A stretch of DNA of 64,000 bases from an uncultured Gemmatimonadales bacterium (GCA_963730185.1 CAVSQW010000015.1:224001-288000); one strand, 5' to 3'. Shown: positions 51,267-61,488, counted from the first letter of the stretch. Numbers and translations are program-made. Notes: generated by a model not told the origin, from the letters alone.

Positions 51267-53336
51267 GTGACGAGTTCCGTGGCGTCCGAGACCACCTCGA
51301 TGGTGCCGCCGGCGGTCGTCGGGTTCCTGACCCGTCTCGCCGTGGCGCTTCACAAGATGCGCGCCTATCCGCCGGGGCATCCGATGCGTCAGGCCGCGAT
51401 CGAGCTCGCGCACGCCGAGCTCCGGACCGCGCTGGTGGGGCGGGACGGCCTCCGGGTCGCGGTGGCTCGACGCCAGCTGCTGGTGGACGGCCGGCCCACC
51501 GACCCCGCCCACTTCGTGCTGCGTGACCTCGCCTCCCGGCTCCATCGCCTCCAGGTCGGCGCGATCACCTTCCGCCCCGCGGTCGAGGTCGACGAGCTCG
51601 CCACCGCGCTCCAGCAGCTGGTGACCGACCCCGGCCGCGGCGAGGAGCGGGAACCGCGGACCTTCACGAGCTCGCGCCACGTCGAGCTCCTGCCGATGTC
51701 CTTCCGGGCCCTGTCGCTCGACCGCGCGTCGGGTGGCCAGGCTACCTCCGACGGCGACGAGGCTGTCGAGCGGCTCTGGCGGGACCTGGCGTCGCTCGCG
51801 CTCGAGGGCGGCGGCGACCCGAACGCGCCGAGCGGGTCGACCGGCGGCGAGGGCGGCGCGGGTCTCCTGGTGGCGCCGCGGCCGCTGGCCCGAGCGCTGC
51901 TCGAGCGGATCCGCGCCGGCGACGTCCCGCCGCCCGAGTTGGGGCAAACCATCGAACGGCTCGGTCGCCTCCGCGGCTCGGTCGACGGCCCGGTAGGGGA
52001 GGCGGTCGAGCTTCGGCTCCGCGACCTGCTCTCGACCCTGCCCCCCGACGCGCTCTCGACCCTGCTCTCGCTCCGGTTCGACACCGAGGACGGCCTCCAC
52101 CGATTCGCCGACGCGACCGAGTGGCTGCCGGCCACGGCGCTCCTCGACCTGGTGGAGGCGGTCGCCAAGGCGCAGAAGCACGACATCTCGACCTTCCTGG
52201 TCCGGCTGCTTCGGAAGCTGGGCGGCCAAGGGGCGGGGCCGAGCGGGCCGCGTCGGGAGGGCCCCGACTTCCGGGGCGTGATCCGACAGCTGGTCGACGG
52301 CTGGTCCCTCGAGTCGCCGAACCCGGCCGCGCACACCCGGATCCTCGATCTGCTGTCGATGGAGGACCAGGGAGCCGGGGTGGAGCGCGCGGCGGGCGAG
52401 GGGATCCGCCTGGTCCAGATGGCGCTCGAAACGGGCGCCGTGGGCGATCAGGTGACCGAGGGGGTGGAGCTGGTGGTCGAGGCCGGTGATCTCGCGCTCC
52501 TGATCCAGGCGCTGGCCGACGATCGGGCCGATCCCGCCGCCGTCGAGTCGGTCTGGCAGACGCTCACCGCCGACGGGATTCTCGAACCGGTTCTGCACGC
52601 CGCCAAGCCCGACCTGGTGTCGGTCGCGGCGCTGGTGGAGCGGGTCGGCCCGGACCGGGTGGAACGGCTGCTCGACCTGATGCTGGAGGCCGAGGACGGC
52701 GGTGTCCGGCGGCTGGTGCTGGAGCGGGTGGTGAGCTTTGGCGCCCCTGGCACGGTCGCGATTCGCCACCGGCTCGAGCGGGTCCCGCCGGCCGGACAGC
52801 GCCTCCTGCTTGGCGGGCTCGCGGAGTGTGGCCAGCTGCCGGCCGAGCTCGAGGTCCGGGAGTTCGCGTCGGCACCCGAGCCGATGGTCCGGCTGGAGGC
52901 CTTCCGGCTCATGCTGCGCCACCCGACCGTCCGTGACGAAGCGATCTATCTTGGCCTGACCGACGTCGACGATCGGGTGGTCCGGCTGGTGGTCGACGCC
53001 GGCATGGAGGGGATCCCCCGGCAGTCGCTCAGCCGGTTGATGTTGCTCCTCAGTAACCCGCGGCGGAACCCCGAGCTCCAGGCCCGAGCCGTCCCCATCC
53101 TGGCCCAGTTCGACGGACCCAGCGTCCGCCAGTGGCTCTACGACGGCATGGCGGTGCGGCGCGGCTGGTTCCGCCGGACCAAGCTCGCCCCCAAGTCGCC
53201 GCTCGTCGTCGCCAAGCTCCGCGTGATCGTGGCCCGCTGGCCCGATGCTCCCGACACCCGACGCCTGATTCGACTGGCGGAGCGCTCCGGCGATGCCGAG
53301 CTCGTCGCCGCGTGCCGTCCCGAGGAGATGCCATGA
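51267..53336 (+). CDS. HEAT-repeat-like helical protein
   Basis: N-terminal YPPGHP module; EPMVRLEAFRL, DDRVVRL repeats. Confidence 0.75.
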   Translation: MTSSVASETTSMVPPAVVGFLTRLAVALHKMRAYPPGHPMRQAAIELAHAELRTALVGRDGLRVAVARRQLLVDGRPTDPAHFVLRDLASRLHRLQVGAITFRPAVEVDELATALQQLVTDPGRGEEREPRTFTSSRHVELLPMSFRALSLDRASGGQATSDGDEAVERLWRDLASLALEGGGDPNAPSGSTGGEGGAGLLVAPRPLARALLERIRAGDVPPPELGQTIERLGRLRGSVDGPVGEAVELRLRDLLSTLPPDALSTLLSLRFDTEDGLHRFADATEWLPATALLDLVEAVAKAQKHDISTFLVRLLRKLGGQGAGPSGPRREGPDFRGVIRQLVDGWSLESPNPAAHTRILDLLSMEDQGAGVERAAGEGIRLVQMALETGAVGDQVTEGVELVVEAGDLALLIQALADDRADPAAVESVWQTLTADGILEPVLHAAKPDLVSVAALVERVGPDRVERLLDLMLEAEDGGVRRLVLERVVSFGAPGTVAIRHRLERVPPAGQRLLLGGLAECGQLPAELEVREFASAPEPMVRLEAFRLMLRHPTVRDEAIYLGLTDVDDRVVRLVVDAGMEGIPRQSLSRLMLLLSNPRRNPELQARAVPILAQFDGPSVRQWLYDGMAVRRGWFRRTKLAPKSPLVVAKLRVIVARWPDAPDTRRLIRLAERSGDAELVAACRPEEMP

Positions 53337-54562
53337 CCCCCGAAGCCGGTTTCCTGATCGCCCTCGGCCAGACCTTGGCCACCATGGCGCTCTACGATGA
53401 CGGGCACCCGGCTCGGGAGCGGGTCGTCGATGCGTCGTACGAGGCGCTGCTCGACGTGATGGCCAACCATTCCTCGCTCTGCTACTCATTTCTCGGCGGC
53501 GAGACCGTGCTCGGGGAGCGCGCGCTGGCCGAGATGGCCGCGTGGGACTGGGGCGCGCGGCTTACCGCCGCCGGGATCGAGCGGATCGAGGTCGATGCCG
53601 ACGTCTCCCGCGAGGCCTACCTCCGGTTCGTGGACGATGTGTTTCGGCGGGTCGTGGGACGGAACCTCGATACCTCGGAGGCGCCGCAGCTGGTGCGGCC
53701 ACCGATCCGCTTCGGGCTGCTTCGGGTCGGCGGGACCGGCGGCCGGGGCGTTGGTGTCGGGGGCAACGGAACCCTGGGACGGACCGGCGGCGGCCCGGGA
53801 TCGGGCCTGACGCTGGAGGAGGAGATCGAGGCGGTCGGCTGGATCCACCAGGAGGTCGAGGGCCGGGGCCTGATCCCGATGCCCGAGGTCGAGGCGGTGG
53901 TGCGCTCGTTGGCCTTCGCCATGCGGAACGACGAGCGGATGTTGCTGCCGCTGTTGGCGCTTCGGAACTACGACGAGTACACCACCACCCATGCCTGCAA
54001 CGTGGCGGTCCTGGCCATGGGGGTGAGCGAACGGCTGGGGCTGGCGCCCGACGAGGTCCGGAGCTTCGGCGTAGCCGGCCTGCTCCACGACATCGGCAAG
54101 ATTCGGATTCCCCGCGAGCTCCTGGTCAAGCCGGGCCGGTTCACCGACGAGGAGCGGCAGATCGTCCAGCGGCACCCGGTCGACGGGGCCAAGATCATCC
54201 TTCAGCGGGAGCGCGGTCTCGGGCTCGCCGCGGTCGTGGCCTACGAGCACCACGTCTATCTCAACGGTGGGGGGTATCCCGAGCTCCACTTTTCCCGGGC
54301 CTGTCACTACGCCAGCCGGATCGTCCACGTCTGCGACATCTACGACGCGCTCGGGACCGACCGACCCTATCGGAGCGCCTGGGAGCCCGAGCAGGCGCTG
54401 GCTTATCTCGAGGAGCAGGCGGGCCGGGAGCTGGATCCCGACGTCGTCCGGGCCTTCACGGAGATGGTCCGCGAGGCGGCGATCGAGCGGATTCCCTACG
54501 AGGCAGCCGGCGCCGTCGACCTCAACGCGGTGCTGGAGTCGGCCTCCGCGCCGGCTTCCTAG
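53333..54562 (+). CDS. HD-GYP cyclic-dinucleotide phosphodiesterase
   Basis: YTTTHACNV, LLHDIGK, HPVDG, EHH..NGGGYP, DIYDAL..RPYR. Confidence 0.93.
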   Translation: MTPEAGFLIALGQTLATMALYDDGHPARERVVDASYEALLDVMANHSSLCYSFLGGETVLGERALAEMAAWDWGARLTAAGIERIEVDADVSREAYLRFVDDVFRRVVGRNLDTSEAPQLVRPPIRFGLLRVGGTGGRGVGVGGNGTLGRTGGGPGSGLTLEEEIEAVGWIHQEVEGRGLIPMPEVEAVVRSLAFAMRNDERMLLPLLALRNYDEYTTTHACNVAVLAMGVSERLGLAPDEVRSFGVAGLLHDIGKIRIPRELLVKPGRFTDEERQIVQRHPVDGAKIILQRERGLGLAAVVAYEHHVYLNGGGYPELHFSRACHYASRIVHVCDIYDALGTDRPYRSAWEPEQALAYLEEQAGRELDPDVVRAFTEMVREAAIERIPYEAAGAVDLNAVLESASAPAS

Positions 54563-54679
54563 CCGGGCCCGGGCTCCCATCCGGCGGGGTCCGGTATAAC
54601 TTCATACCCGAGAAGCGGGAACCCGGTCCCGGGGGTGCCGCCGCTGCGCCCCGGGCCTTCTCCACCATGACGAGGACTC

Positions 54680-54940
54680 ATGTCAGACGAAAAGCTGACC
54701 CCGATCGCTCCGGCGCGCGTGGCGCAGGAGCTCAAGACCCTCAGCGACGGCCGGAAGGCCGGCAACATCCCGCCGGACGAATACGAGCACCGCTTCAGCC
54801 GGATGGTGTCGGAGCTCCGGGATCGCCGAATCGACGGGACTCGGGCCGAGATCATGGCCGCGCTCTCGCCGCTGCAGGTCGACGGCACCATCTCGATGCA
54901 GGACTGGAACCGCTTGCTCAAGCAACTGGGTTTGGCGTAG
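54680..54940 (+). CDS. Small hypothetical helical protein
   Basis: GAGGA RBS; TATAAC upstream at about 54595. Confidence 0.75.
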   Translation: MSDEKLTPIAPARVAQELKTLSDGRKAGNIPPDEYEHRFSRMVSELRDRRIDGTRAEIMAALSPLQVDGTISMQDWNRLLKQLGLA

Positions 54941-54982
54941 GGAGTCGTGAGTGGTGAAGGGTGATTGGGGAGTGAGCAGGGG
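54937..54982. repeat. Heptamer repeat array, G-rich orientation
   Basis: GTAGGG AGTCGTG AGTGGTG AAGGGTG ATTGGGG AGTG AGCAGGG. Confidence 0.75.
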
Positions 54983-56215
54983 ATGGTGAGTCGGCGGGGG
55001 ACGCCGACCGTGCTCGTCGGTGGGGTGGCGGTCGGGTCCGAGCACCCGGTGGTGGTGCAGTCGATGACCAACACCGACACCGCCGACGTCGCGCGCACCG
55101 TCGAGCAGGTGGCGGCGCTGGCAGCGGCGGGCAGCGAGCTGGTCCGGGTTACGGTCAACACCGAGGAGGCGGCGGCCGCGGTGCCGGCCATCGTCGAGGG
55201 GCTGGCCCGGCGCGGCGTCGAGGTTCCGGTCATCGGCGACTTCCACTACAACGGGCATCTCCTCCTCACCCGCTACCCGGACTGTGCTCGGGCGCTCGCC
55301 AAGTACCGGATCAACCCCGGCAACGTGGGCGGGAAACGCCACGACGAGCACTTCGGCGCCATCATCTCGGTGGCGCTCGAGCACCACAAGCCGGTCCGGA
55401 TCGGGGTCAACTGGGGCTCCCTCGACCAGCAGGTGCTCACTGAGCTGATGGACGCGAACGCGACCCGGGCGCGGCCGTTGGAGGCTCGCGAGGTGACCCT
55501 CGACGCCATGGTCGAGAGCGCGCTCCGCTCGGCCCGCTTCGCGGAAGCACTGGGATTGCCCCACGATCGGATCATCCTCTCGGCCAAGGTCTCGGCGGTG
55601 CCCGATCTGATCGCGGTCTACCGCAAGCTCGCGGCGGCGGCCGATTACCCACTCCACCTCGGTCTCACCGAGGCAGGGCTCGGGATGAAGGGCATCGTGG
55701 CCAGCACGGCCGGCCTCGCCACTCTCCTCGGCGAGGGGATCGGCGACACCATTCGGGTCTCGCTCACGCCCGCACCGGGTGGCGACCGGGCCGAGGAGGT
55801 GCGGGTCGGCCAGCAGATCCTCCAGTCGCTCGACCTCCGGAGCTTCGTGCCCCAGGTCACCGCCTGCCCGGGCTGCGGCCGGACCACCAGCACCTTCTTC
55901 CAGTCGATGGCCCAGGACATCCAGACCCATCTCCGGGAGCGGATGGTCGAGTGGCGCGCCACCCGCCCGGGCGTGGAGTCGATGAAGGTGGCGGTAATGG
56001 GCTGCGTGGTGAACGGGCCCGGTGAGTCCAAACACGCCAATCTGGGGATCTCCCTCCCGGGCACCTTCGAGGAGCCGAAAGCACCGGTGTACGTCGACGG
56101 CCGCCTGCTCCGGACCCTGAAGGGCGACGCCATCGTGGCGGAGTTCCTGGTCATCCTCGAGGAGTACGTGGCCGCCCGTTACCCGGTCCCCGAGCCGGTG
56201 GAGGCCCCCGCCTGA
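54983..56215 (+). CDS. ispG: 4-hydroxy-3-methylbut-2-enyl diphosphate synthase
   Basis: [48 protein letters not shown]. Confidence 0.98.
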   Translation: MVSRRGTPTVLVGGVAVGSEHPVVVQSMTNTDTADVARTVEQVAALAAAGSELVRVTVNTEEAAAAVPAIVEGLARRGVEVPVIGDFHYNGHLLLTRYPDCARALAKYRINPGNVGGKRHDEHFGAIISVALEHHKPVRIGVNWGSLDQQVLTELMDANATRARPLEAREVTLDAMVESALRSARFAEALGLPHDRIILSAKVSAVPDLIAVYRKLAAAADYPLHLGLTEAGLGMKGIVASTAGLATLLGEGIGDTIRVSLTPAPGGDRAEEVRVGQQILQSLDLRSFVPQVTACPGCGRTTSTFFQSMAQDIQTHLRERMVEWRATRPGVESMKVAVMGCVVNGPGESKHANLGISLPGTFEEPKAPVYVDGRLLRTLKGDAIVAEFLVILEEYVAARYPVPEPVEAPA

Positions 56216-56907
56216 TCGAGCCGTCGTTCCTGGACCGGCCCCTCGCGGCCCTGCCCGCGCTCTTCGCGGCGGGTCTGGTCACCAGCCTCACGCCCTGCGT
56301 GTACCCCATGATTCCGATCACCGCCGGCGTGCTCGGCGGGGCCGGCGCCGTGGGGCGCTCGAAGGGGCGGACCGTGGTGCTCTCGCTCGTCTACGCTCTC
56401 GGCCTGGCGCTGGTCTACGCCACCCTCGGCCTGATCGCGGGGCTCACCGGCTCCCTGTTCGGCACCGTCAGCTCCAATCCCTGGGCCTATCTCCTGATGG
56501 GGAACCTCCTCCTCCTCGCCGGGCTGGCGATGCTGGACGTGATCCCGATCCTGGTGCCGGAGCGGCTCCTGGCCTGGGCCGGCAAGTGGGGAACGCAGTC
56601 GCTGGGCGCGGTGTTCCTGATGGGGGCCACCTCGGGGCTGGTGGCCGCGCCGTGTGGCGCTCCCGCTTTCGCGGCCGTCCTCACCTATGTGAGCGCCACC
56701 CAGAGCGCCCCGCTCGGCTTCCTCTACCTCTTCGTCTTCAGCCTCGGGATGACGGCGCTCCTGATCGTGATCGGGATCTTCTCGGGGACCGTCGCCGCGC
56801 TGCCCCGGCCCGGCCGGTGGACGCTCTGGGTCAAGCGGCTGGCAGCGGTCGTGATGCTGGCGATGGCCGAGTACTACTTCGTCAAGGCGGGTCAGGGACT
56901 TATATAG
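56212..56907 (+). CDS. CcdA/DsbD-beta family protein (probable CTG start)
   Basis: [11 protein letters not shown] and AAPCGAP; the first Cys motif lies upstream of the first ATG/GTG/TTG. Confidence 0.85.
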   Translation: MIEPSFLDRPLAALPALFAAGLVTSLTPCVYPMIPITAGVLGGAGAVGRSKGRTVVLSLVYALGLALVYATLGLIAGLTGSLFGTVSSNPWAYLLMGNLLLLAGLAMLDVIPILVPERLLAWAGKWGTQSLGAVFLMGATSGLVAAPCGAPAFAAVLTYVSATQSAPLGFLYLFVFSLGMTALLIVIGIFSGTVAALPRPGRWTLWVKRLAAVVMLAMAEYYFVKAGQGLI

Positions 56908-56963
56908 ACTTAGGGAATAGGGACTCGGGAGTTGGGAGTAGGGAGGGAATAGGGAGTAGGGGG
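56908..56963. repeat. Heptamer repeat array, G-rich orientation, eight GGG runs
   Basis: TTAGGG AATAGGG ACTCGGG AGTTGGG AGTAGGG AGGG AATAGGG AGTAGGG. Confidence 0.85.
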
Positions 56964-56983
56964 CGCTTGGATTGGAGGCTGGT

Positions 56984-57487
56984 ATGCGGGTCGCGGGGGT
57001 GGCGTTGGTGCTGGCGGCCGGGGTGATCACGGCCCGCCCGGCGGCGGCGCAGTTCGATGCCGGGATCGCGGTGGGAACCAAGGCGCCGGTGGTGGCCGTT
57101 CACGATCTCGAGGGCAAGGCGGTCGATCTCGGGGCCTACATCGGCAAGAAGCCGGTGATGCTCGAGTTCTGGGCCACCTGGTGCGCCCTCTGCAAAGCGC
57201 TCTATCCGCAGCTGGGCAAGGTGCACCAGACCTACGGAAATCGGGTCCAGATGATTGGGATCAACGTGACCGTCAACGATCCCAAGGCGCGCGTGAAGAA
57301 GTACGTGGAGCGATATCGGCCTCCCTTCCTGACCCTGTACGACGACCAAGGCGTGAGCAGCCGGGCGTACGACGTGCCGACGACCTCGTTCATCGTGGTG
57401 ATCGACGCGGGAGGGACGGTGGTCTACACCGGCTCCGGTGAAGATCAGGATTTGGTGGCTGCGGTGGGGAAGGCGGTGGCCAAGTGA
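56984..57487 (+). CDS. TlpA/ResA-like thiol-disulfide oxidoreductase (exported)
   Basis: EFWATWCALC, VPTTS; signal peptide. Confidence 0.9.
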   Translation: MRVAGVALVLAAGVITARPAAAQFDAGIAVGTKAPVVAVHDLEGKAVDLGAYIGKKPVMLEFWATWCALCKALYPQLGKVHQTYGNRVQMIGINVTVNDPKARVKKYVERYRPPFLTLYDDQGVSSRAYDVPTTSFIVVIDAGGTVVYTGSGEDQDLVAAVGKAVAK

Positions 57488-58047
57488 TCGGGAGAGTGGC
57501 GGTCCTGGCGGTGCTCGTCCTGGCTGCGGCTCCGTCCGTCCAGGCGCCCCTGTTCGCCCAGAAGCCGCTTCGCGCCGCGATGCTCGGCGACCCCCGGGTG
57601 GGGCGCGACGCCCCGGACTTTACGCTGCCCTACCTCACCGAGGCTGGGCCCGGGCCGGCCGATCAGCCCTTTCATCTCCGGGCCGAGTTGGGGCGGAAGG
57701 TGGTGCTGGTGTTCGGCGGCGCGCCCGGCGATTCGCTGGTCAGGGCCACCTGGGATTACCTCGCGGGGCAGGCGGAGAGCCTCTTCCGGCCGGGGATCGT
57801 GGTGGCTGGGGTGGTGAACGGCACCGCCCTGGAGGCTGGCGCCCTGGCGGCCGGCCGGCCGCCGACCTTCAAGTTCCTGGCCGATTCCCAGGGCGACGTC
57901 CACCGGCAGTTCGGGGTGGTCCGGTCGGCCAAGCGGCTCACGGTCTTCGTGGTGGCCGACGACGGGACGGTGGCGTACCGGTCGCGGGGGTTCCGGGTGG
58001 ACGATCCGGGCGAGATGGTCCGCCTTCGGAAAGCACTGGCTCCCTGA
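57484..58047 (+). CDS. Cys-free AhpC/TSA-fold exported protein
   Basis: VGRDAPDFTLP, GRKVVLVF, FLADSQG.V.RQFG, VFVVADDGTV; no Cys in the translation. Confidence 0.7.
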   Translation: MIGRVAVLAVLVLAAAPSVQAPLFAQKPLRAAMLGDPRVGRDAPDFTLPYLTEAGPGPADQPFHLRAELGRKVVLVFGGAPGDSLVRATWDYLAGQAESLFRPGIVVAGVVNGTALEAGALAAGRPPTFKFLADSQGDVHRQFGVVRSAKRLTVFVVADDGTVAYRSRGFRVDDPGEMVRLRKALAP

Positions 58048-58187
58048 TCGTCGTTTGTTCGGGGGTGTTTGGGTCGAGGGATTTCTGCAACATATTGCGT
58101 CAGGATGCGGTGCCTTGCCGGTGTCTTGGAATGAGGCAGGGCGGCGCCAAGATCTCCATTGATAAACCATTGCTTGCAGCCCACTTG

Positions 58188-58203
58188 CGGCACGGGCCTT
58201 GCT
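58188..58203 (+). promoter_or_regulatory. Putative sigma54 promoter upstream of the S-layer-like gene
   Basis: CGGCACGGGCCTTGCT; IHF-like TAA-N4-TTG at about 58163-58172; palindrome GCAACATATTGC at 58087-58098. Confidence 0.6.
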
Positions 58204-58644
58204 TGCCAGGTGTCGACCATTTCACGGTCTGGTGCAAGGCATGCTTGATCCTGCGGTTTGCGGGTTGAGGAGGGGGCTCGAGCCGTCCAAGGTGTGGCGT
58301 GGTCAGGGTTTGCGGCTCTTGACCCGAGTTCCTGGCTGCGTTAGCTTTGGGTCTTGTACTCTACCGGCTTTACGCAGTCCAATCGCAGGCAGCGCAACTT
58401 TTTCGGTCCTGGCCCGGGCGCCGTTTTTTGCCCGGTGGGGCCTTCCGGACTGTAGGGAGGCTGGTGTCGAGCGGGGTGGGTCGCCAGGCGGAGTGAGGCC
58501 GAGCGGAAAGTGTGCTCTGGCTCACAGCGCGTCGGCGGGCTTCTCGCTAGCATGTAAAGCAGTGTGGGCGAACCGGCAGGACAAGTGCGTTCGGAAGTAG
58601 TGGCTCAGAACCAGTCTGTTGTCTCACGATCCTAGGGGGAGTGC

Positions 58645-61419
58645 ATGAACAGGGTTTATCGCAGTTTACTGCTGACCGGCATCGTGGCCGTTGGCCTCGC
58701 CGGCTGCGGTGACGATGTCACGGTAACGGCGCCGCCTCCGCCGCCGCCGCCGGGAATCACCGCAGTCACGGTGACGCCTGACAACGTCGCCGTCAATCCG
58801 GGCCAGACGGTCCAGATGACGGCCAACGTCACGGCCGAAGCTGGGGCGACCTACACGGTGACCTGGCAAAGCAGCGACGCGACCCGGGCCAGCGTGAGCG
58901 CCAGCGGCCTGGTCACGATCGTCGCCAACGCGCCGGTTGGTCCGGTTTCGATCCAGGCGACGGCCACCACGGCCGACGGCGCCTCGTCCTCGGGTGCGGC
59001 CACGCTGAACGTCGTGCCGGCGAACGCCAACACGCCGCAGGTCAGCATCGCGGCCGTGAATCAGAACCCAACCGGTGTGCCCGCGAACCTCGCGGCGGCA
59101 TTCGGTCAGCTCGACGTGGTCATCAACCTCGAGCGCAACAACACCGTGGTCGAGAAGCTCCAGCTGATCATCGACACCGAGACCGGTGACTCGGTGGTCG
59201 CCGAGCAGACCTTCGCCACGCCTGCCGTTCAGGCCGGTCCGGCGGCGGTTCCTGAAGTGATCACCCAGTCGTTCAACAGCGCGAACTTCGCGTGCACCGC
59301 GACGGCCTGCATGCCGTCGTTCCTCAACCGCCAGCACATCGTCAAGGCCAAGGTCCTCTACGGCGGCGCCGGCGCCAGCAACGCGAGCAACAGCGTCCAG
59401 GTGACCTTCGCGAACGCCAATGCGTTCACGGGGACCATCGCGATGACGGGCACCGTGAAGACCGCGATCAACGCGGGCGGCCTGAAGTTCGACCGCGGCG
59501 GCCTCGACATCACCATCATTCCGGTCATCTACACCGGGAACCTGACCATGACCAACGGCACGGTCAGCTTCGGCAGCGCCTGCGATGTCGGCGGCACCGG
59601 TAAGCGGACCTTGACGCTCACCCCGCCGACGGCCGGCTCGGCCTTCACCGCTTCGTTCCCGGAGACGGCGACCGGCGGCCCGGCGGTCACCAATGTCATG
59701 GGCTACGAGTTCAACACCGCCGCCTGCGGCGTCGGCTTCCCGGCCGGTGAGTTCCCCACCGTCACCGCGGTCGGCAGTAACGGCAACAACCTGACCCTGG
59801 CCGCCGCCGGTTTGACGGGCCTCCGGCTCGACAACCGGGCGCCGGGCGCGCCGACCTTCGTGGCCAACCCGAACGTCCGGCAGAACGGCTGGCTCAACGC
59901 GGCCGTGGATCTCGCGGGCGTGAACAGCGGCACCAACCTCGACGGCTGGCTCGCCAATGGCGCGGCCGACGGCGGCGTGGGCGGGTACGCCCGGCTCGTC
60001 CGGATCGCTCCCGCTACCGGCGGCTTGGTCGACGACGCGATCGCGGCTACCGCCAGCAGCACGCCGGCTCTGCCCGCTCCGACCGCGACCAACATCAGCG
60101 ACTGCGCCGTCATTAGCGCGCAGGACCTGCTCGAGAACGAGTCGGCCCTCCCCGCCGCCGGGACCACCTGCACTGTACCGCCCGCCGGTTCGTCGGTGGC
60201 GGTTGCCCTTCAGCATCTGGCGTTCGGCGTCGACATCGCGCCGCCCACGATCGCCTTCTCGGGCGGTCTGGCAGCCAACGCGCGAATCAACACCGCCACC
60301 GTTGGCACCGAGTTCCAGGTCACCGTGACCGATACGGGCACCGTCGGTAACTCCGGCATGCTCAGCGGCTCCGCCGTGGTCGGCACGGTCCAGATCCGGA
60401 ATGCCACCGGCACCAGCTGCTTCGTCGGCGCCGTCGTGGCCGGCGTCTGCACTCCGGTCAGCGTGAATGCCGCTCCGGCCTTCCCGCTGGTTCCGACCAC
60501 CACCGTGGCCGGCAACGGTACCGTTGGCTACTACACCTACGACGCGGTCTCGAAGGACGCCGCGGGCAACACCTCGGCCAACGTGACTCGTGTGGTCGCG
60601 TTCGACCAGGCGGCCAACGTGCCGGCCCTGACGCAGGCGCTGTTCAATACGCCGCTCACCGGCCCCAGCGTGGTCTTCAATGCCAACGCGTCGGATAACT
60701 TCGACCTGTGGAACGTGACCTACACGCTGGCGTACGGCGGCGGTCTCGCGGGTCCGCTGGTCTATCCGGCCGTCACCCTCAATACGTTCAACGGCAATCC
60801 GCTGGTGAACAGCAACGCCCCGGCTGGCATCACGATCAACGGCTTCGTCCGGCAGATCGAGGCCGTCACGGGCAATGCTCCGCTCGCCGCCGCCGGTGGC
60901 GCGTTCAAGCCGGTCGGTATCACCGGCGTGGCGCTCGACCAGGCCAACAACGCCAGTGGCGCGGTAGGAACGGGTATCCCCGGTGCCGCCGTCCCCGCTG
61001 GGACCTCGTACATCGCCGTTGCCGATCCTACCCAGCAGGTCGATAGCTGGGCCCTGGTGGCGCCGAGCGCGGCGGTCAACATCTCCGACGGCGCTGGCCC
61101 GGCCGCGGCGGTGAACCCCCTCTCGGTGACGCTGACGGCTTCCGTGGCCGGTCCGACCGCGACCTTCAACCCGCCCTTCAGCCGCGTGGACTTCTACGTG
61201 CTGGTCGGTGGCAACCTGGTCCAGATCGGAACCACGACGAGCATCTCCACGGTGGATGACGGCTCGCCCAACGGCCGCGTCCATTCGTACACGATGTCGT
61301 GGACGCCGGGCACGGTTGCCGGTCTGGGTGCCGTCTCGGTCTACGCGGTTGGCGTCAGCGCTGCTGGCGACGGCCTCGTGACCCCGGTCAACGGCAACAT
61401 CACGATCACCAACCCGTAA
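58645..61419 (+). CDS. Large Ig-like-domain lipoprotein, candidate S-layer or surface protein
   Basis: LAGC lipobox, poly-Pro, Big_2-like VTVTP...VTWQSSD...VSASGLVT, Ala/Thr/Gly/Asn/Val-rich. Confidence 0.8.
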   Translation: MNRVYRSLLLTGIVAVGLAGCGDDVTVTAPPPPPPPGITAVTVTPDNVAVNPGQTVQMTANVTAEAGATYTVTWQSSDATRASVSASGLVTIVANAPVGPVSIQATATTADGASSSGAATLNVVPANANTPQVSIAAVNQNPTGVPANLAAAFGQLDVVINLERNNTVVEKLQLIIDTETGDSVVAEQTFATPAVQAGPAAVPEVITQSFNSANFACTATACMPSFLNRQHIVKAKVLYGGAGASNASNSVQVTFANANAFTGTIAMTGTVKTAINAGGLKFDRGGLDITIIPVIYTGNLTMTNGTVSFGSACDVGGTGKRTLTLTPPTAGSAFTASFPETATGGPAVTNVMGYEFNTAACGVGFPAGEFPTVTAVGSNGNNLTLAAAGLTGLRLDNRAPGAPTFVANPNVRQNGWLNAAVDLAGVNSGTNLDGWLANGAADGGVGGYARLVRIAPATGGLVDDAIAATASSTPALPAPTATNISDCAVISAQDLLENESALPAAGTTCTVPPAGSSVAVALQHLAFGVDIAPPTIAFSGGLAANARINTATVGTEFQVTVTDTGTVGNSGMLSGSAVVGTVQIRNATGTSCFVGAVVAGVCTPVSVNAAPAFPLVPTTTVAGNGTVGYYTYDAVSKDAAGNTSANVTRVVAFDQAANVPALTQALFNTPLTGPSVVFNANASDNFDLWNVTYTLAYGGGLAGPLVYPAVTLNTFNGNPLVNSNAPAGITINGFVRQIEAVTGNAPLAAAGGAFKPVGITGVALDQANNASGAVGTGIPGAAVPAGTSYIAVADPTQQVDSWALVAPSAAVNISDGAGPAAAVNPLSVTLTASVAGPTATFNPPFSRVDFYVLVGGNLVQIGTTTSISTVDDGSPNGRVHSYTMSWTPGTVAGLGAVSVYAVGVSAAGDGLVTPVNGNITITNP

Positions 61420-61450
61420 GCTCGCTCCTGAGCTGACGGAACCGCTCTAG

Positions 61451-61488
61451 CCAAGGGGTCCGGTCGAAAGACCGGGCCCCTTTGGTTT
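61451..61488 (+). terminator. Rho-independent terminator
   Basis: GGGGTCCGGTC-GAAA-GACCGGGCCCC followed by TTTGGTTT. Confidence 0.85.

Noticed and set aside
58199..58600. 133-aa ORF in the S-layer upstream region
   Set aside because: It has atypical codon usage and no RBS or motifs, so it is more likely a regulatory leader.
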